A DNA stretch of 64,000 bases, taken from the NCBI GenBank assembly GCA_003194425.1, contig PQXB01000001.1, positions 199,265 to 263,264 of the forward strand, read 5' to 3'. Position numbers and translations under genes: made by a program. The stretch is from Candidatus Methanophagaceae archaeon (lineage in GTDB: Archaea > Halobacteriota > Syntropharchaeia > Alkanophagales > Methanospirareceae). Of this stretch, positions 47,620 through 56,642 are shown piece after piece. Positions within the stretch are counted from its first letter, which is position 1. Each line of letters begins with the position of its first letter. The notes below the pieces were generated by a model. It saw only the letters and a list, made by a program, of their open reading frames with translations. It was not told where the DNA came from and searched no databases.

Positions 47620-48603
47620 CTAGGTCTCCTCCTCTCTCCTGCCGATTTTCTTGGTTGACTCTGCGTAGTCCCACTTGTAAGGTATTTTGTTGAGGTGGAA
47701 GAGGAGGAACGCGAGAGCCTTTGCAGAGCCCTCAAGAAAAATCGCAGCCACAAAAAAGTGCACCTTTTTCAATTTTATCATTTTTTTCAGAGCTCGCAGA
47801 ACCTCGCGTGTTTTTACGGTCTGCGGGACGTAGCCGCCGGTCAAGCGAGCGATTTGGTAGTGCCCGATGTGAATTCTCACGCGTTGTCGCATAAAATCCC
47901 GCAGCGTATCAGGACCTTTCATTTGCGAGACCGCGTTCAACGCCTGTTCAATTTTGTAGCCCTGCTCCTTTATCTTTGCCTCTACAAAAAGGTCGTCGTT
48001 CACGACCTGCCGCGGAATCTCACGCACCAAACTCGGCTTAATCGCGTAAAACTCGCCGGTCAACTTCACACCACCCTCGCCGGTCAGCGACAGAGCGTAG
48101 TGCAGGTCCCAAATAAGGTGCGAGACGAATCCAAAGAGCGTGGCTCGGTCGTTGACAGGAGTTGGACGACTGCTAACTGCTCCTACTTTCGCTTCTTCTC
48201 CTCCTTCTTTTCCTTCTCCTTTTTTTTGTGCCAACAGCGGTTTTACGAGGTTGCTAACTGCTCCCGTTTCGGGTAGGTTATCCGCGGAGAGCATTACCAA
48301 AACATCCTTCCCCCGCGCCGCCCTCAAAATCAAATTCACCGCAGAACTCTTCCCTCGCCTCTCTGGCTCCGAAATGTGCCTCACCCTCCTCTCTCTCCCT
48401 GCCCTCGCCCTCGCTGCGAACTCTGCCACGATTTCGTCCGTCCTGTCGGTGCAGCCACTCGTGACAACAATTATCTCGTCCAACCGCGCTGCTCCTTCTA
48501 ACGAGGCTAACGGCTGATTCAGCAGGTTTTCAAGCAGCCTGCCGATGTTTGCCTCCTCGTTGTGTGCTGCGATTCCAATTCCCACCGTCGCCTCTTTCAT
48601 CAA
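47620..48603 (-). CDS. Family 2 glycosyltransferase (dolichyl-phosphate sugar synthase-like)
   Basis: VGIGIAAHNEEANIGRLLENL...IIVVTSGCTDRT is the GT2 N-terminal pattern. Confidence 0.8.
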   Translation of the reverse strand: MMKEATVGIGIAAHNEEANIGRLLENLLNQPLASLEGAARLDEIIVVTSGCTDRTDEIVAEFAARARAGRERRVRHISEPERRGKSSAVNLILRAARGKDVLVMLSADNLPETGAVSNLVKPLLAQKKGEGKEGGEEAKVGAVSSRPTPVNDRATLFGFVSHLIWDLHYALSLTGEGGVKLTGEFYAIKPSLVREIPRQVVNDDLFVEAKIKEQGYKIEQALNAVSQMKGPDTLRDFMRQRVRIHIGHYQIARLTGGYVPQTVKTREVLRALKKMIKLKKVHFFVAAIFLEGSAKALAFLLFHLNKIPYKWDYAESTKKIGRREEET

Positions 48604-48792
48604 ACACTCCTCCTCTTTCTGCTCCTCTTTCTGCTCCTCTTTCTGCTCCTCTTTCTGCTCCTCTTCTTCTCACTCTTTTTCTCACACTTTTTCTCACACC
48701 TTTATATAGAAGCAGCGTTATTGTTTTAATGTCCCTGCTTCCTCGCTCTACTGATAAAAGGGAAAAGGAGGGGGGAGAAAAGGGGCAGAAAA

Positions 48793-48819
48793 AAATTAGG
48801 AGGTGAAAACGAAAAAATG
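48793..48819 (+). promoter_or_regulatory. Second copy of the conserved leader with an extended Shine-Dalgarno
   Basis: It is identical to the 25-mer at 28031-28056. Both precede genes for signal-peptide proteins. Confidence 0.6.
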
Positions 48820-49398
48820 GATAAAAAAATAGCCGTCGCGGGAATAGCCGCAATCGCGGTCGTTGTAGTAACTCTGCTCGTCGCTCAGCCAATAATGTCG
48901 CAAGAAGAGACCGTCTCGCCGGAGATTGACGATGCGAGGATAACTGCCGTTCTCGATGAAATATTAGCAGGGCAGCAGGGCGGAGAAGTGAGCCCTTCGC
49001 TGAATGGTCTTGACAACGGACAAGCGTCCAGCACCAGCACCGACACAGCAACAGCGAACCCTTGGGTCTCCAATGTCTCTTACAGCACAGCGGTCACAAA
49101 AGTGAAGGAAAGCCGTTCTGGAAGCGAAAATATGTACTGGATGAATTACAGGCCAACCAAAGCAAACAAGCAACTGGACTTCATAATTTTGTACATGGGA
49201 AAAGGGAAATCGGTAATAGATTACGAGTGGCAGCATTTTGACTTCACCAAACTCTACCCAAGCGGATACAGCGGAGGTACATCGACACCCTTTGGTGTAA
49301 CCTACTGGGGTGGCGACCCCATAATTGGACCAGCGTATCTTGTCGTGTTTGCTGACGGCGCCTACCAAGGCTACTACGCCTTCGAAGTAGTGAAGTAA
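48817..49398 (+). CDS. Membrane-anchored secreted protein, function unknown
   Basis: MDKKIAVAGIAAIAVVVVTLLVAQP is an N-terminal TM anchor. The 25-nt leader ATTAGGAGGTGAAAACGAAAAAATG is identical to the one before the secreted protein at 28054. Confidence 0.5.
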   Translation: MDKKIAVAGIAAIAVVVVTLLVAQPIMSQEETVSPEIDDARITAVLDEILAGQQGGEVSPSLNGLDNGQASSTSTDTATANPWVSNVSYSTAVTKVKESRSGSENMYWMNYRPTKANKQLDFIILYMGKGKSVIDYEWQHFDFTKLYPSGYSGGTSTPFGVTYWGGDPIIGPAYLVVFADGAYQGYYAFEVVK

Positions 49399-49535
49399 GA
49401 CTAACAGAACCGCGACGGTTTTGTAAAGGACTAAAAAAATAGGGGGTTTTTCTTTTTTATCCCCCTCGTTTATTTTCGTTTATTTTTCTATTTTTAAACC
49501 AACCGTTACAAAACAACCGTTACAAAAGCAGACGA

Positions 49536-49610
49536 TGCTCCGGTCGGGATTTGAACCCGAGTCCTCGGCTCGAAAGGCCGAAATGATTGGCCGAGCTACA
49601 CTACCGGAGC
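49536..49610 (-). tRNA. tRNA-Glu (anticodon UUC)
   Basis: GCUCCGG acceptor stem, anticodon loop CUUUCGA, T-arm CGGGUUCAAAUCCCG. Confidence 0.8.
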
Positions 49611-49719
49611 AAAACAAAACTTTTAAGAACAAACTTAAAAAAAAGTCTGATCAAAATGCTTCGCGGTTGTTTCTTTACTAAATTTCCTTTCCAAAGAAAA
49701 GTTTCTTTTTAAGAAAAAT

Positions 49720-50073
49720 TTAGCCGAAGAGCGAAGCAAGTCCTTCCATCCCTGTCTCTTCTCCTTTTTCTTCCTCCTCCTCTTCCTTCTTCTCCTCTTT
49801 CTTCTCCGCCTTCGCCTCTTCCGTCGTCGCTGCTGGTGCTTGTGCCTGCGGTGCCTGCGCAGGAGAGGGGATTGCCGTAGCCGCAGCGTAAGCAGGCGAC
49901 TGGGCTTGTGCCATCGCCTCGTCAATGTTGACTCCGTCGAGCGCCGAAATCAGTGCCTTTACTCTCCCCTTCTCTGTTTCTATCCCCGCAGCGTCCATCA
50001 CCGCTGTTATCCCGTCCTCTGTAATCTCCTTGCCCGAGTTGTGCAAGAGCAATGCAGCATAGATATATTCCAT
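49720..50073 (-). CDS. rpl12: 50S ribosomal protein P1 (L12, stalk)
   Basis: [32 protein letters not shown]... followed by an Ala/Glu-rich hinge and C-terminal GLASLFG. Confidence 0.85.
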   Translation of the reverse strand: MEYIYAALLLHNSGKEITEDGITAVMDAAGIETEKGRVKALISALDGVNIDEAMAQAQSPAYAAATAIPSPAQAPQAQAPAATTEEAKAEKKEEKKEEEEEEKGEETGMEGLASLFG

Positions 50074-50190
50074 CTTCGTTCTGCCTCCTTTTTTTCGCTT
50101 TACTTTTGTTTTGCTTTCTTTTATTTTTGTTGTTTAAATAGTTAAAGAATTTCCTGCTGCGTTCCGTCGCACTTCGCTGTTCTACTTACC

Positions 50191-51555
50191 CTACACTGCG
50201 CCCTCTGCCTCTGCCTCTACCTCTGCCTCTGCCTCTACCTCTGCCTCTGCCTCTACCTCTGCTCCTGCCTCTGCGCCTGCCCCTGCTCCACGCCACTGCT
50301 CCTGAGCCTGCGTAGCGAAATTCGCCAACGCCTTCTTAAGCGCGCTCAAGCCCGAACTGCGAAGGAAAAAGCAGGGCTTGTTCCGCAGTTTGCACGCCTC
50401 CTTGACCAGCCTGCAGGCGTTGTGGCTGTTTATGTCAATCGGGCAGAAGACGACATCAATTTTTTCCACGAGATTCTCAATCCCCCTCCTCCCCCGCTCG
50501 CAGTGCCCGCAGTGGTAGCAGAAGGCGCAGCCGAAAGATTGTGCGACCTCCTCGTAGCACGACTCAAGCGACTCCACTCCGCCGACGTAAGCCACTCGCG
50601 TGTCTTTGAGATTGAGATTAAGATTGAAATTCGGCGCAACTTTACACTCGTTCACTGCCGCCGCGGGCGCCGCTGTTGGCGCGGGTTCTGAAGCGAAGAT
50701 TTTTACCAACTCCGCGTTCTCCTTGTTCAGCCGCTTCATTTCTTCTCTCAACGCCTGAATCTCTGTTCTCATCGCCCCAACCCGTTCAACCTGCTCAAAG
50801 ACCGCTTCCCCGCCCAACTTCGCCACCTTCCTCCGCAACTCCTCGCTCTCCCGCCTCTGCTCCGCCAACTCCTGAACGAGCCTGCTCTTCTCCGCTCTAA
50901 CCGCCTCTCGCTCGGAAATTAGCTCTTCCCTCTTCTGCTCCAGCCGTTTAAAATTGCGTTGCAGTTTTTCGTTTGTTTCTAAAGCCGTTCTCAGCTCCTC
51001 AACCACATTTTCCACCTTCTTTCCTCCTGGCAGCCTGCGAGAGAGTTCGTCGTAAAACCGCAGAGCCTGCTGCTCTTTTAGAGAGACCGCAGAGGAGAGC
51101 CTCGTCGCGATTTCGTTGCTCTTGTTGCTTTGCTCTTTGCCGTTTCCGTTGCGTGCCGCGTTGCGTGCCGCGTTGCGTGCCGCGAACCAGAGCAGAGCGG
51201 AGAGAGGAACTGCTCTAAACCCGTTTGCCCCGTTTTCCGTTTCAATAAACTCGCAAATTTCTTCGGGGTCTGCCCACCCGACTTCCTTCTTGTAGGGGGC
51301 GAACTTCTTTTCAAGCAGTTTTTCCACTCGCTTGGCGTGCTGGCTCGGCGTCCTGCAGACCTGCGCCAAATTCTGCTGCATTTCAAGTGCCGTTAAAAAC
51401 TGCGTGCTGCTGCTACTGCTCCTGCTGCCACCGCCGTTGCTAAGTTTCAACTCTTTAAAGACACGCTTCAGTCCTGCTTCGTCAAAGCTCAAGCCCAGGA
51501 TTTTAGAGGACATAAAAGACGGGAACTCCCAAATCCTCTTTCTCTTTGCGTTCAT
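50191..51555 (-). CDS. Coiled-coil protein with C-terminal DUF2325-like domain (uncharacterised)
   Basis: The C-terminus VAYVGGVES...HCGH...IDVVFCPIDINSHNACRLVKEACKLRNKPCFFLRSSGLSALKKAL is the DUF2325-type pattern (vGG, H.G, D.V, t/d..sH, K.a.k..kp). The central ~130 aa are heptad-rich. Repeat tails AARNAARNAARN and AEAEVEAEAE are present. Confidence 0.5.
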   Translation of the reverse strand: MNAKRKRIWEFPSFMSSKILGLSFDEAGLKRVFKELKLSNGGGSRSSSSSTQFLTALEMQQNLAQVCRTPSQHAKRVEKLLEKKFAPYKKEVGWADPEEICEFIETENGANGFRAVPLSALLWFAARNAARNAARNGNGKEQSNKSNEIATRLSSAVSLKEQQALRFYDELSRRLPGGKKVENVVEELRTALETNEKLQRNFKRLEQKREELISEREAVRAEKSRLVQELAEQRRESEELRRKVAKLGGEAVFEQVERVGAMRTEIQALREEMKRLNKENAELVKIFASEPAPTAAPAAAVNECKVAPNFNLNLNLKDTRVAYVGGVESLESCYEEVAQSFGCAFCYHCGHCERGRRGIENLVEKIDVVFCPIDINSHNACRLVKEACKLRNKPCFFLRSSGLSALKKALANFATQAQEQWRGAGAGAEAGAEVEAEAEVEAEAEVEAEAEGAV

Positions 51556-51573
51556 TTTCAGTAACCCCCCTAC

Positions 51574-51735
51574 TTACGAGGCTTGGTAAAGCTGGCAGCC
51601 CTCGAGGAACCACGAGCCTAACTCTTCTTTTATCCGCCCAATCCTTTCGTCCAAGCCGTCCAAGTCTTCCAACTCGTCCAAGTCCTCGATCTTTCTCAAC
51701 TCCTTCAACAATTTCGTTATTTCCATTTCGTTCAT
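51574..51735 (-). CDS. Small acidic protein (53 aa) immediately upstream of the DUF2325 gene, possibly co-transcribed
   Basis: Hand translation gives MNEMEITKLLKELRKIEDLDELEDLDGLDERIGRIKEELGSWFLEGCQLYQAS. It is too short for the ORF track. Confidence 0.25.
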   Translation of the reverse strand: MNEMEITKLLKELRKIEDLDELEDLDGLDERIGRIKEELGSWFLEGCQLYQAS

Positions 51736-51874
51736 TCGCTTACTCTCCTTCTTTATTTGTTTTAGGTTTTCCTAAATACATATAAAAACACATATAAAAT
51801 AAGAAAATTAGGCACACAAATAGCAACCCCTAAAAATCTTTGGTCTGTTAAAGCAAGCCCAAATAAGTTCGGTT

Positions 51875-52363
51875 TTAGTGAGAGAACCGAAGCCCTTTCC
51901 CTTTTTTTTCCCGCCGCCGCTCTCCAGGTTTGCAGGAATGCACCCCAGTCGCGCAGAAAATCTCAAAATGCTTCAGCCACTGTGGATAATCTGGCGCCGA
52001 CTGCACAAACCTTACCAAATTCTTTATCTGCTCAATCGTCTTCGCTTCCAACTCGTGCTCAATTATGCAGGCGTCTTTGTCCGCCGTCTCCTTCGGCACA
52101 TTGATAATTTCCAGAAACGCCCTTATAATTTCGTGCCGGTCCCTCACAATTTCTGCTATTTCTTTTCCCTTTGGTGTTAAGGTAACGCCGTCGTACTTGC
52201 GATAAATAACGAGACTCTTGTCGTCCAGTTTCTTTGCCATTTCTACAGCGCTCGCAGGCGTAACGCTCAAAGCTCGTGCAATGTCCCTTATCCTCGCGTA
52301 GCCCTTCTGCTCCGAGATGTTCAGAATCGCCTCGAGGTAGTCCTCCGCTTTTCTTGTCAGCAT
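51875..52363 (-). CDS. DtxR/MntR-family metal-dependent transcriptional repressor
   Basis: TRKAEDYLEAILNISEQKGYARIRDIARALSVTPASAVEMAKKLDDKSLV is the HTH plus metal-site pattern of the DtxR family. Confidence 0.8.
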   Translation of the reverse strand: MLTRKAEDYLEAILNISEQKGYARIRDIARALSVTPASAVEMAKKLDDKSLVIYRKYDGVTLTPKGKEIAEIVRDRHEIIRAFLEIINVPKETADKDACIIEHELEAKTIEQIKNLVRFVQSAPDYPQWLKHFEIFCATGVHSCKPGERRREKKGKGLRFSH

Positions 52364-52491
52364 ACCTAATATTGTTAGGGTAGCCCTTATTTAAATTTTC
52401 AATTTGAACTTCAAAGATTGTTACCGCTTTGACTTAGAATTATTGTCGAAAACGACAATTATTTAAAGATAAATTTATTTTAAAATTAAAA

Positions 52492-55400
52492 ATGAAAAAA
52501 ATAGGAAAATTATCGGTTGTTAGTGTTCTTTGCGCGTTTGTTTTTGTGAGTGTCCTGCTACTAACTGCAGCAGTGCCAGCGTCGGCAACTTCGTCGGCAA
52601 CTTCGTCGGCAACTTACCCGACGCTTCAGTACGACGCACAGCGAACTGGGAACGTGGGCGGTGCTGCACCAGAAACCGCCTCTCTGCTGTGGCAGTCGGG
52701 CGAGAAGACCGCAGGCTGCGTGCAAGCAGGTCCGGTTGTCTTGGACGGCAGGGTCTTTTTCACTACTTGGTGGTCGGGAGGAATGGGAGTTGAGGGGAAC
52801 GCCAGCGACGCTCTCTACTGCCTCGACGAGGAGACGGGTGAGGAGGTTTGGAACAACACCGCAGTCTTCGGCGCTTCTACTGCGGCGGTCGCAGCGGCAG
52901 AAGGGAAGTTGTTTGTGGGCACGCACCGCGGGAATTTCACTTGCGTTGACACCACGAGTGGCGAGATTTTGTGGAGCAGGCGGGTAGAAGAGAACCCGTC
53001 GTGGTACGGAGTTGGATCTTCTCCGCTCGTCTTTGACGGGACGGTCTTTGTGCTAACCTTCTCGGACGGCACGCTGCACGCCTTCTCTTTCGAGGGTGCA
53101 GAACTCTGGAACTTCTCCACAGGTGAGGAAATATTTAAGTACGCGTCGCCCTCCGCTTACGAGGACAAAATCTTCTTCGCAGGCAACTCCACAGCGGCCG
53201 CGGGGCAGCACGGACGGCACGCCTTGTACTGCCTTAACTTGAGCACGCACGAGGAGGAGTGGAATTTCACGACTGACACAGAGGTCCGGGGGACGCCTAC
53301 GATTTGGAGCGAAGGAGGGGAAGGCGGGCTGGTCTTCTTTACCACGAAATATGTCTTTGGAAAGGAGTACGGGATTTACGCGCTTAACGCAACCACAGGC
53401 GAGGAGGTTTGGTACAAAAAACACAAATCCAGCTGGGCTTCGCCTGCGGTGAGCAACGGACGGCTCTACATCGGCGGTTCTTCTGTCGACACCACTTTCT
53501 ACTGCTACGACGCGAGGGACGGCACGCTAATTTGGGAGAACGAGGAAATGGGCGGAGCGGTAGATTCGTCGCCTGTGGTCGCCGACGGCAAGGTCTATTT
53601 TGGCGAGAGCAAGGTCAACGGAACGGTCTACTGTTTAGACGCTGAGAACGGTTCGGTGCTTTGGAACTACACTCTCTACATTCCGCCGGGCTTCGGTGGA
53701 GGCTTCAACTCGGCTTCGCCCCCCGCGGTTGCAGACGGCACACTCTTTGTCGGGGTAGACAACGTGGGCGTTCTCGCGTTCCGAGACCCTCTCCTCCCAG
53801 ACCCACTCTTTTGGGAAGGCGAGGTGACGCTAACCGAGAACGCAACGACCACAGTTACCGCGCACGACAGCGGTGCGAGCTACGAAATTAACCAAACGAC
53901 CGCACTCGGAGCGCTCGCCGCAGCGGCAGCCGCAGGCGGGTTCAACTACACCGTGAGCGACAAGTGGTACGCGAGCTGGGGTTCACTGCTCGTGGATTCG
54001 ATCGCGGGAAAGTGGAACGACCCGGTCACTTGGGACGGCTGGCTGTACTGGGTGAACTACCCGGACGACCCGATGCCTGGGGTTGGTCCGAACAAATACG
54101 AAGTGGAAGACGGCGACCTCGTGACCTTTTACTACGGTGGAATGAGCGCGACGCCCGAGAACACCCCGATGCTACTGCGGATTCGTGTTCGTGTCACCGG
54201 TGCGAGCGTAGTTCAATGGAACAGCGTGACCAAAGACGACGCCACTAATTTTTCAGTGGAAGTCGGGTTAGACGAGAGCGAGGAGGTGGAGTTCCGCGTC
54301 TCCTCGGACTCTGGCGCAGGCACGGCTTACGAGTGGTCGTGGTCAGTGAACGGAGCGGAGACAAAAAAATCTGAAGGAGAAAGCACAAATTTATCGTTTG
54401 TCTTTGAAGAATACGGCATTTACAATGTCAGCGTCGTGGGAGTAGGAGTAGGTGAGGCAGAAAATGAAACTGTGTCTGCGACTTGGAATGTCTCGATCTG
54501 GCTGGTAGTAGGAGAAGAGAACGACGCTTGTGAACTGGAGGGGCTTGAGGAGTACCAGCTGCGGTTTTTAAAGCGACCCGAGCGGCTGGTTTCGATGGCG
54601 CCGAGTTGCACCGAGATTTTATTCGCGGTGGGTGCAGGCGAGAGCGTTGTCGGCGTTACCGAGTTCTGCGACTACCCGCCAGAAGTGAAAGAGAAGAAGG
54701 AGAGCGGGGAGATTGCAGTAATCGGGGGGTATTCAACTCCGAATTTTGAGAAAATCGTGGATTTGGAGCCGGATTTGGTCGTTGGTGCTCACGGCAACCC
54801 TGCTGGTGTGATTTATTACCTGCTGGAGTCGGAATATCCGGTTTACGCGATGCATCCAAAAAGCATTGACGAGATTTTTGCACACATAAAAGTCGCAGGC
54901 GCGGTAACGAGCTGCGATGAAAACGCGTCTTCGCTCTTGGAAAATTTGAGTGAGCGGCTGGAGACTGTGAAGGAGAAGACGGAGCTGTTAGAAGAGGAGC
55001 AGAAGCCGAGAGTGTTTTACAACATCGGCGACTTCTTTACCGCGGGCAAGGAGACATTTGCAGACGAGATAATTGAAATCGCAGGCGGCAAAAACATCGC
55101 GGCTGCAGACGGCAAGACAGGATATTTTATAATGAGCCTTGAGGAGCTCATTGAAAAGAATCCGCAGGTAATCCTCTGCGACAGCGGAATGGGCGAGATG
55201 AGTTTTGCGTACGAGCAAATAATGAACGACGAGCGGCTGAAGAATGTGAGTGCTGTGAAGAATAATCGGGTTTATGTAATCGACGGAGATATAATATCAA
55301 GACCAGGTCCGAGGGTGGTAGACGGGGTGGAAGCGGTTCATCAGAATTTCAGTGATTTTTTCGCCGCTAACACCCAAGAGTGCGAACTGAAAATTTCCAC

Positions 55401-55803
55401 CGACAAACTCAACTACAGCCCCAACGAGACGATGAATGTCGCTCTACGCATCTCAAACCCAACTAACAGCACGCTAACATTCAACTGGTTTGCAGGGATT
55501 CCGCAGTTCGAGTTCTGGACGCACCTTTACTCAACGCCGATTTCCCCAGGCTTTAACCAGTCTCTCAATACGACACTACAAGTGGGCGACTGGGGTGCGA
55601 CGCCTTTCGGTCTCGTGTTTTACGTGGACTTGCAGGAGCCAGAGACACTTCAGCCGCTAACCGCGGATGTTTGGTGGTGCCTGTATTCGCCTGGCGAGGC
55701 AGGAGTAGGAGAAGGAGTGCCAGAAAGCATAGAAAATATCGGAGATTTCGTTCTCTTGAATGTTTTACATAAAACTTCACATCACCAAAAACCTCTCTCG
55801 TGA
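52492..55803 (+). CDS. Large secreted fusion protein: signal peptide, PQQ-like beta-propeller repeats, a middle region, a BtuF/FhuD-type binding-protein domain (cobalamin or iron-siderophore) and a C-terminal domain. The last ~20 codons run into an AT-rich element and may not be real.
   Basis: The N-terminus has a signal peptide and repeated LYCLDxxTGEEVW / VYCLDAENGSVLW motifs (PQQ/BamB-like). Residues about 690-960 read RLVSMAPSCTEILFAVGAGESVVGVTEFCDYP...PDLVVG...NPQVILCDSGMGEMS...RVYVIDGDIISRPGPRVVDGVEAV, a typical class III periplasmic binding protein. Confidence 0.7.
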   Translation: MKKIGKLSVVSVLCAFVFVSVLLLTAAVPASATSSATSSATYPTLQYDAQRTGNVGGAAPETASLLWQSGEKTAGCVQAGPVVLDGRVFFTTWWSGGMGVEGNASDALYCLDEETGEEVWNNTAVFGASTAAVAAAEGKLFVGTHRGNFTCVDTTSGEILWSRRVEENPSWYGVGSSPLVFDGTVFVLTFSDGTLHAFSFEGAELWNFSTGEEIFKYASPSAYEDKIFFAGNSTAAAGQHGRHALYCLNLSTHEEEWNFTTDTEVRGTPTIWSEGGEGGLVFFTTKYVFGKEYGIYALNATTGEEVWYKKHKSSWASPAVSNGRLYIGGSSVDTTFYCYDARDGTLIWENEEMGGAVDSSPVVADGKVYFGESKVNGTVYCLDAENGSVLWNYTLYIPPGFGGGFNSASPPAVADGTLFVGVDNVGVLAFRDPLLPDPLFWEGEVTLTENATTTVTAHDSGASYEINQTTALGALAAAAAAGGFNYTVSDKWYASWGSLLVDSIAGKWNDPVTWDGWLYWVNYPDDPMPGVGPNKYEVEDGDLVTFYYGGMSATPENTPMLLRIRVRVTGASVVQWNSVTKDDATNFSVEVGLDESEEVEFRVSSDSGAGTAYEWSWSVNGAETKKSEGESTNLSFVFEEYGIYNVSVVGVGVGEAENETVSATWNVSIWLVVGEENDACELEGLEEYQLRFLKRPERLVSMAPSCTEILFAVGAGESVVGVTEFCDYPPEVKEKKESGEIAVIGGYSTPNFEKIVDLEPDLVVGAHGNPAGVIYYLLESEYPVYAMHPKSIDEIFAHIKVAGAVTSCDENASSLLENLSERLETVKEKTELLEEEQKPRVFYNIGDFFTAGKETFADEIIEIAGGKNIAAADGKTGYFIMSLEELIEKNPQVILCDSGMGEMSFAYEQIMNDERLKNVSAVKNNRVYVIDGDIISRPGPRVVDGVEAVHQNFSDFFAANTQECELKISTDKLNYSPNETMNVALRISNPTNSTLTFNWFAGIPQFEFWTHLYSTPISPGFNQSLNTTLQVGDWGATPFGLVFYVDLQEPETLQPLTADVWWCLYSPGEAGVGEGVPESIENIGDFVLLNVLHKTSHHQKPLS

Positions 55804-56212
55804 GAGATTGAAACCTCTCCGCCAATTTTTGTGAATGCGTTGTGTAGTGAACTCTCCATCTCGCATCTATTCCACCATCAAAAAGCAAATGACCAAAAAA
55901 TTCCATAAGGTCTCCATTTATAGAAATCCTCATTTTTGGATTCCTTATTTCATCACTCGCCTTTTCTGTTTTGATGAGTTGGATGCCAGATTCGAGTTCC
56001 AACCCAACATCGTTGCAAATATTGTTCAACACTTTTAGCGGATAATTGTTCTTCGCTTCTTTCCATTTGTACAGTTGTCGTTGTGAGAGGTTGAACTGTT
56101 TAGCGACATTTTTTACAGTGCCATATTTCACTAACAGCTGTCTCCACAATTTTTCTCTTAATCTCTCAGTAGGCATTGCATAAATCCCGTCCATCTGAAT
56201 TTGCACCTTCAT
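55565..56212 (-). CDS. HTH-domain protein, possibly a degenerate LAGLIDADG-type homing endonuclease or transposase fragment, in an AT-rich element abutting the 23S break. Only roughly the first 165 aa (to about 55720) lie in the AT-rich element. The rest is read-through antisense to the upstream gene.
   Basis: It has its own SD (AAGGTG, 4 nt, ATG). The N-terminal LWRQLLVKYGTVKNVAKQFNLSQRQLYKWKE is an HTH. GHLLFDGGIDA loosely resembles a LAGLIDADG motif. Confidence 0.35.
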   Translation of the reverse strand: MKVQIQMDGIYAMPTERLREKLWRQLLVKYGTVKNVAKQFNLSQRQLYKWKEAKNNYPLKVLNNICNDVGLELESGIQLIKTEKASDEIRNPKMRISINGDLMEFFGHLLFDGGIDARWRVHYTTHSQKLAERFQSLTREVFGDVKFYVKHSRERNLRYFLCFLALLLLLLPRQANTGTTKHPRLAAEVSLAPASPRKTRDRKASHPSRPLVVSY

Positions 56213-56642
56213 TTTACACCTTCGTTTCTGTCCTTTGTTTTTATTAAAATGCTACCGCTTGGATTTCTGACCCACCTGAGTCAACCTTAGGGCGCCCTCG
56301 ATATTTTTTCAAGGGCATGGCGCCCCACCTGAACAGCCCACCTACCGGTGTTCTCTCGCGTCAAGCAAGAGTAAGGGTCACAACTTCGGAAGGGTAGTGT
56401 TCCATTGGCGGCTCTGTGCCTCCTGGCGAAGGCACTTCACTGCCTCCTACCTACGCTCTACATCCGAAGTCGTAGCTCAACGGCAGACTGCTGTAAAACT
56501 CCACGGGGTCTTCGCTTCCCCTTGGGGGTCCCCGGTCTTTTCGCCGGGACGATGATTTCGCCGGTTTCCAGCTAGGGACAGTGGAAGGCTCATTCCTTCT
56601 TTCGTGCAAGCCGCCAATTAAGCGGCTAGGTACTACGCTACC

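Noticed and set aside
55135-55735. Possibility that the missing 3' part of 23S rRNA lies here, downstream of the AT-rich element, as a downstream exon
   Set aside because: This stretch encodes a well-formed BtuF/FhuD-type binding domain in frame with the 1103-aa ORF. It contains none of the universal 23S domain V/VI motifs (GGGATAACAGG, the peptidyl-transferase loop, the sarcin-ricin loop).
55805-56260. 5S rRNA expected downstream of 23S
   Set aside because: The region is AT-rich protein-coding and spacer sequence. No 5S-like GC-rich ~120-nt segment with loop E motifs was seen anywhere in the window.
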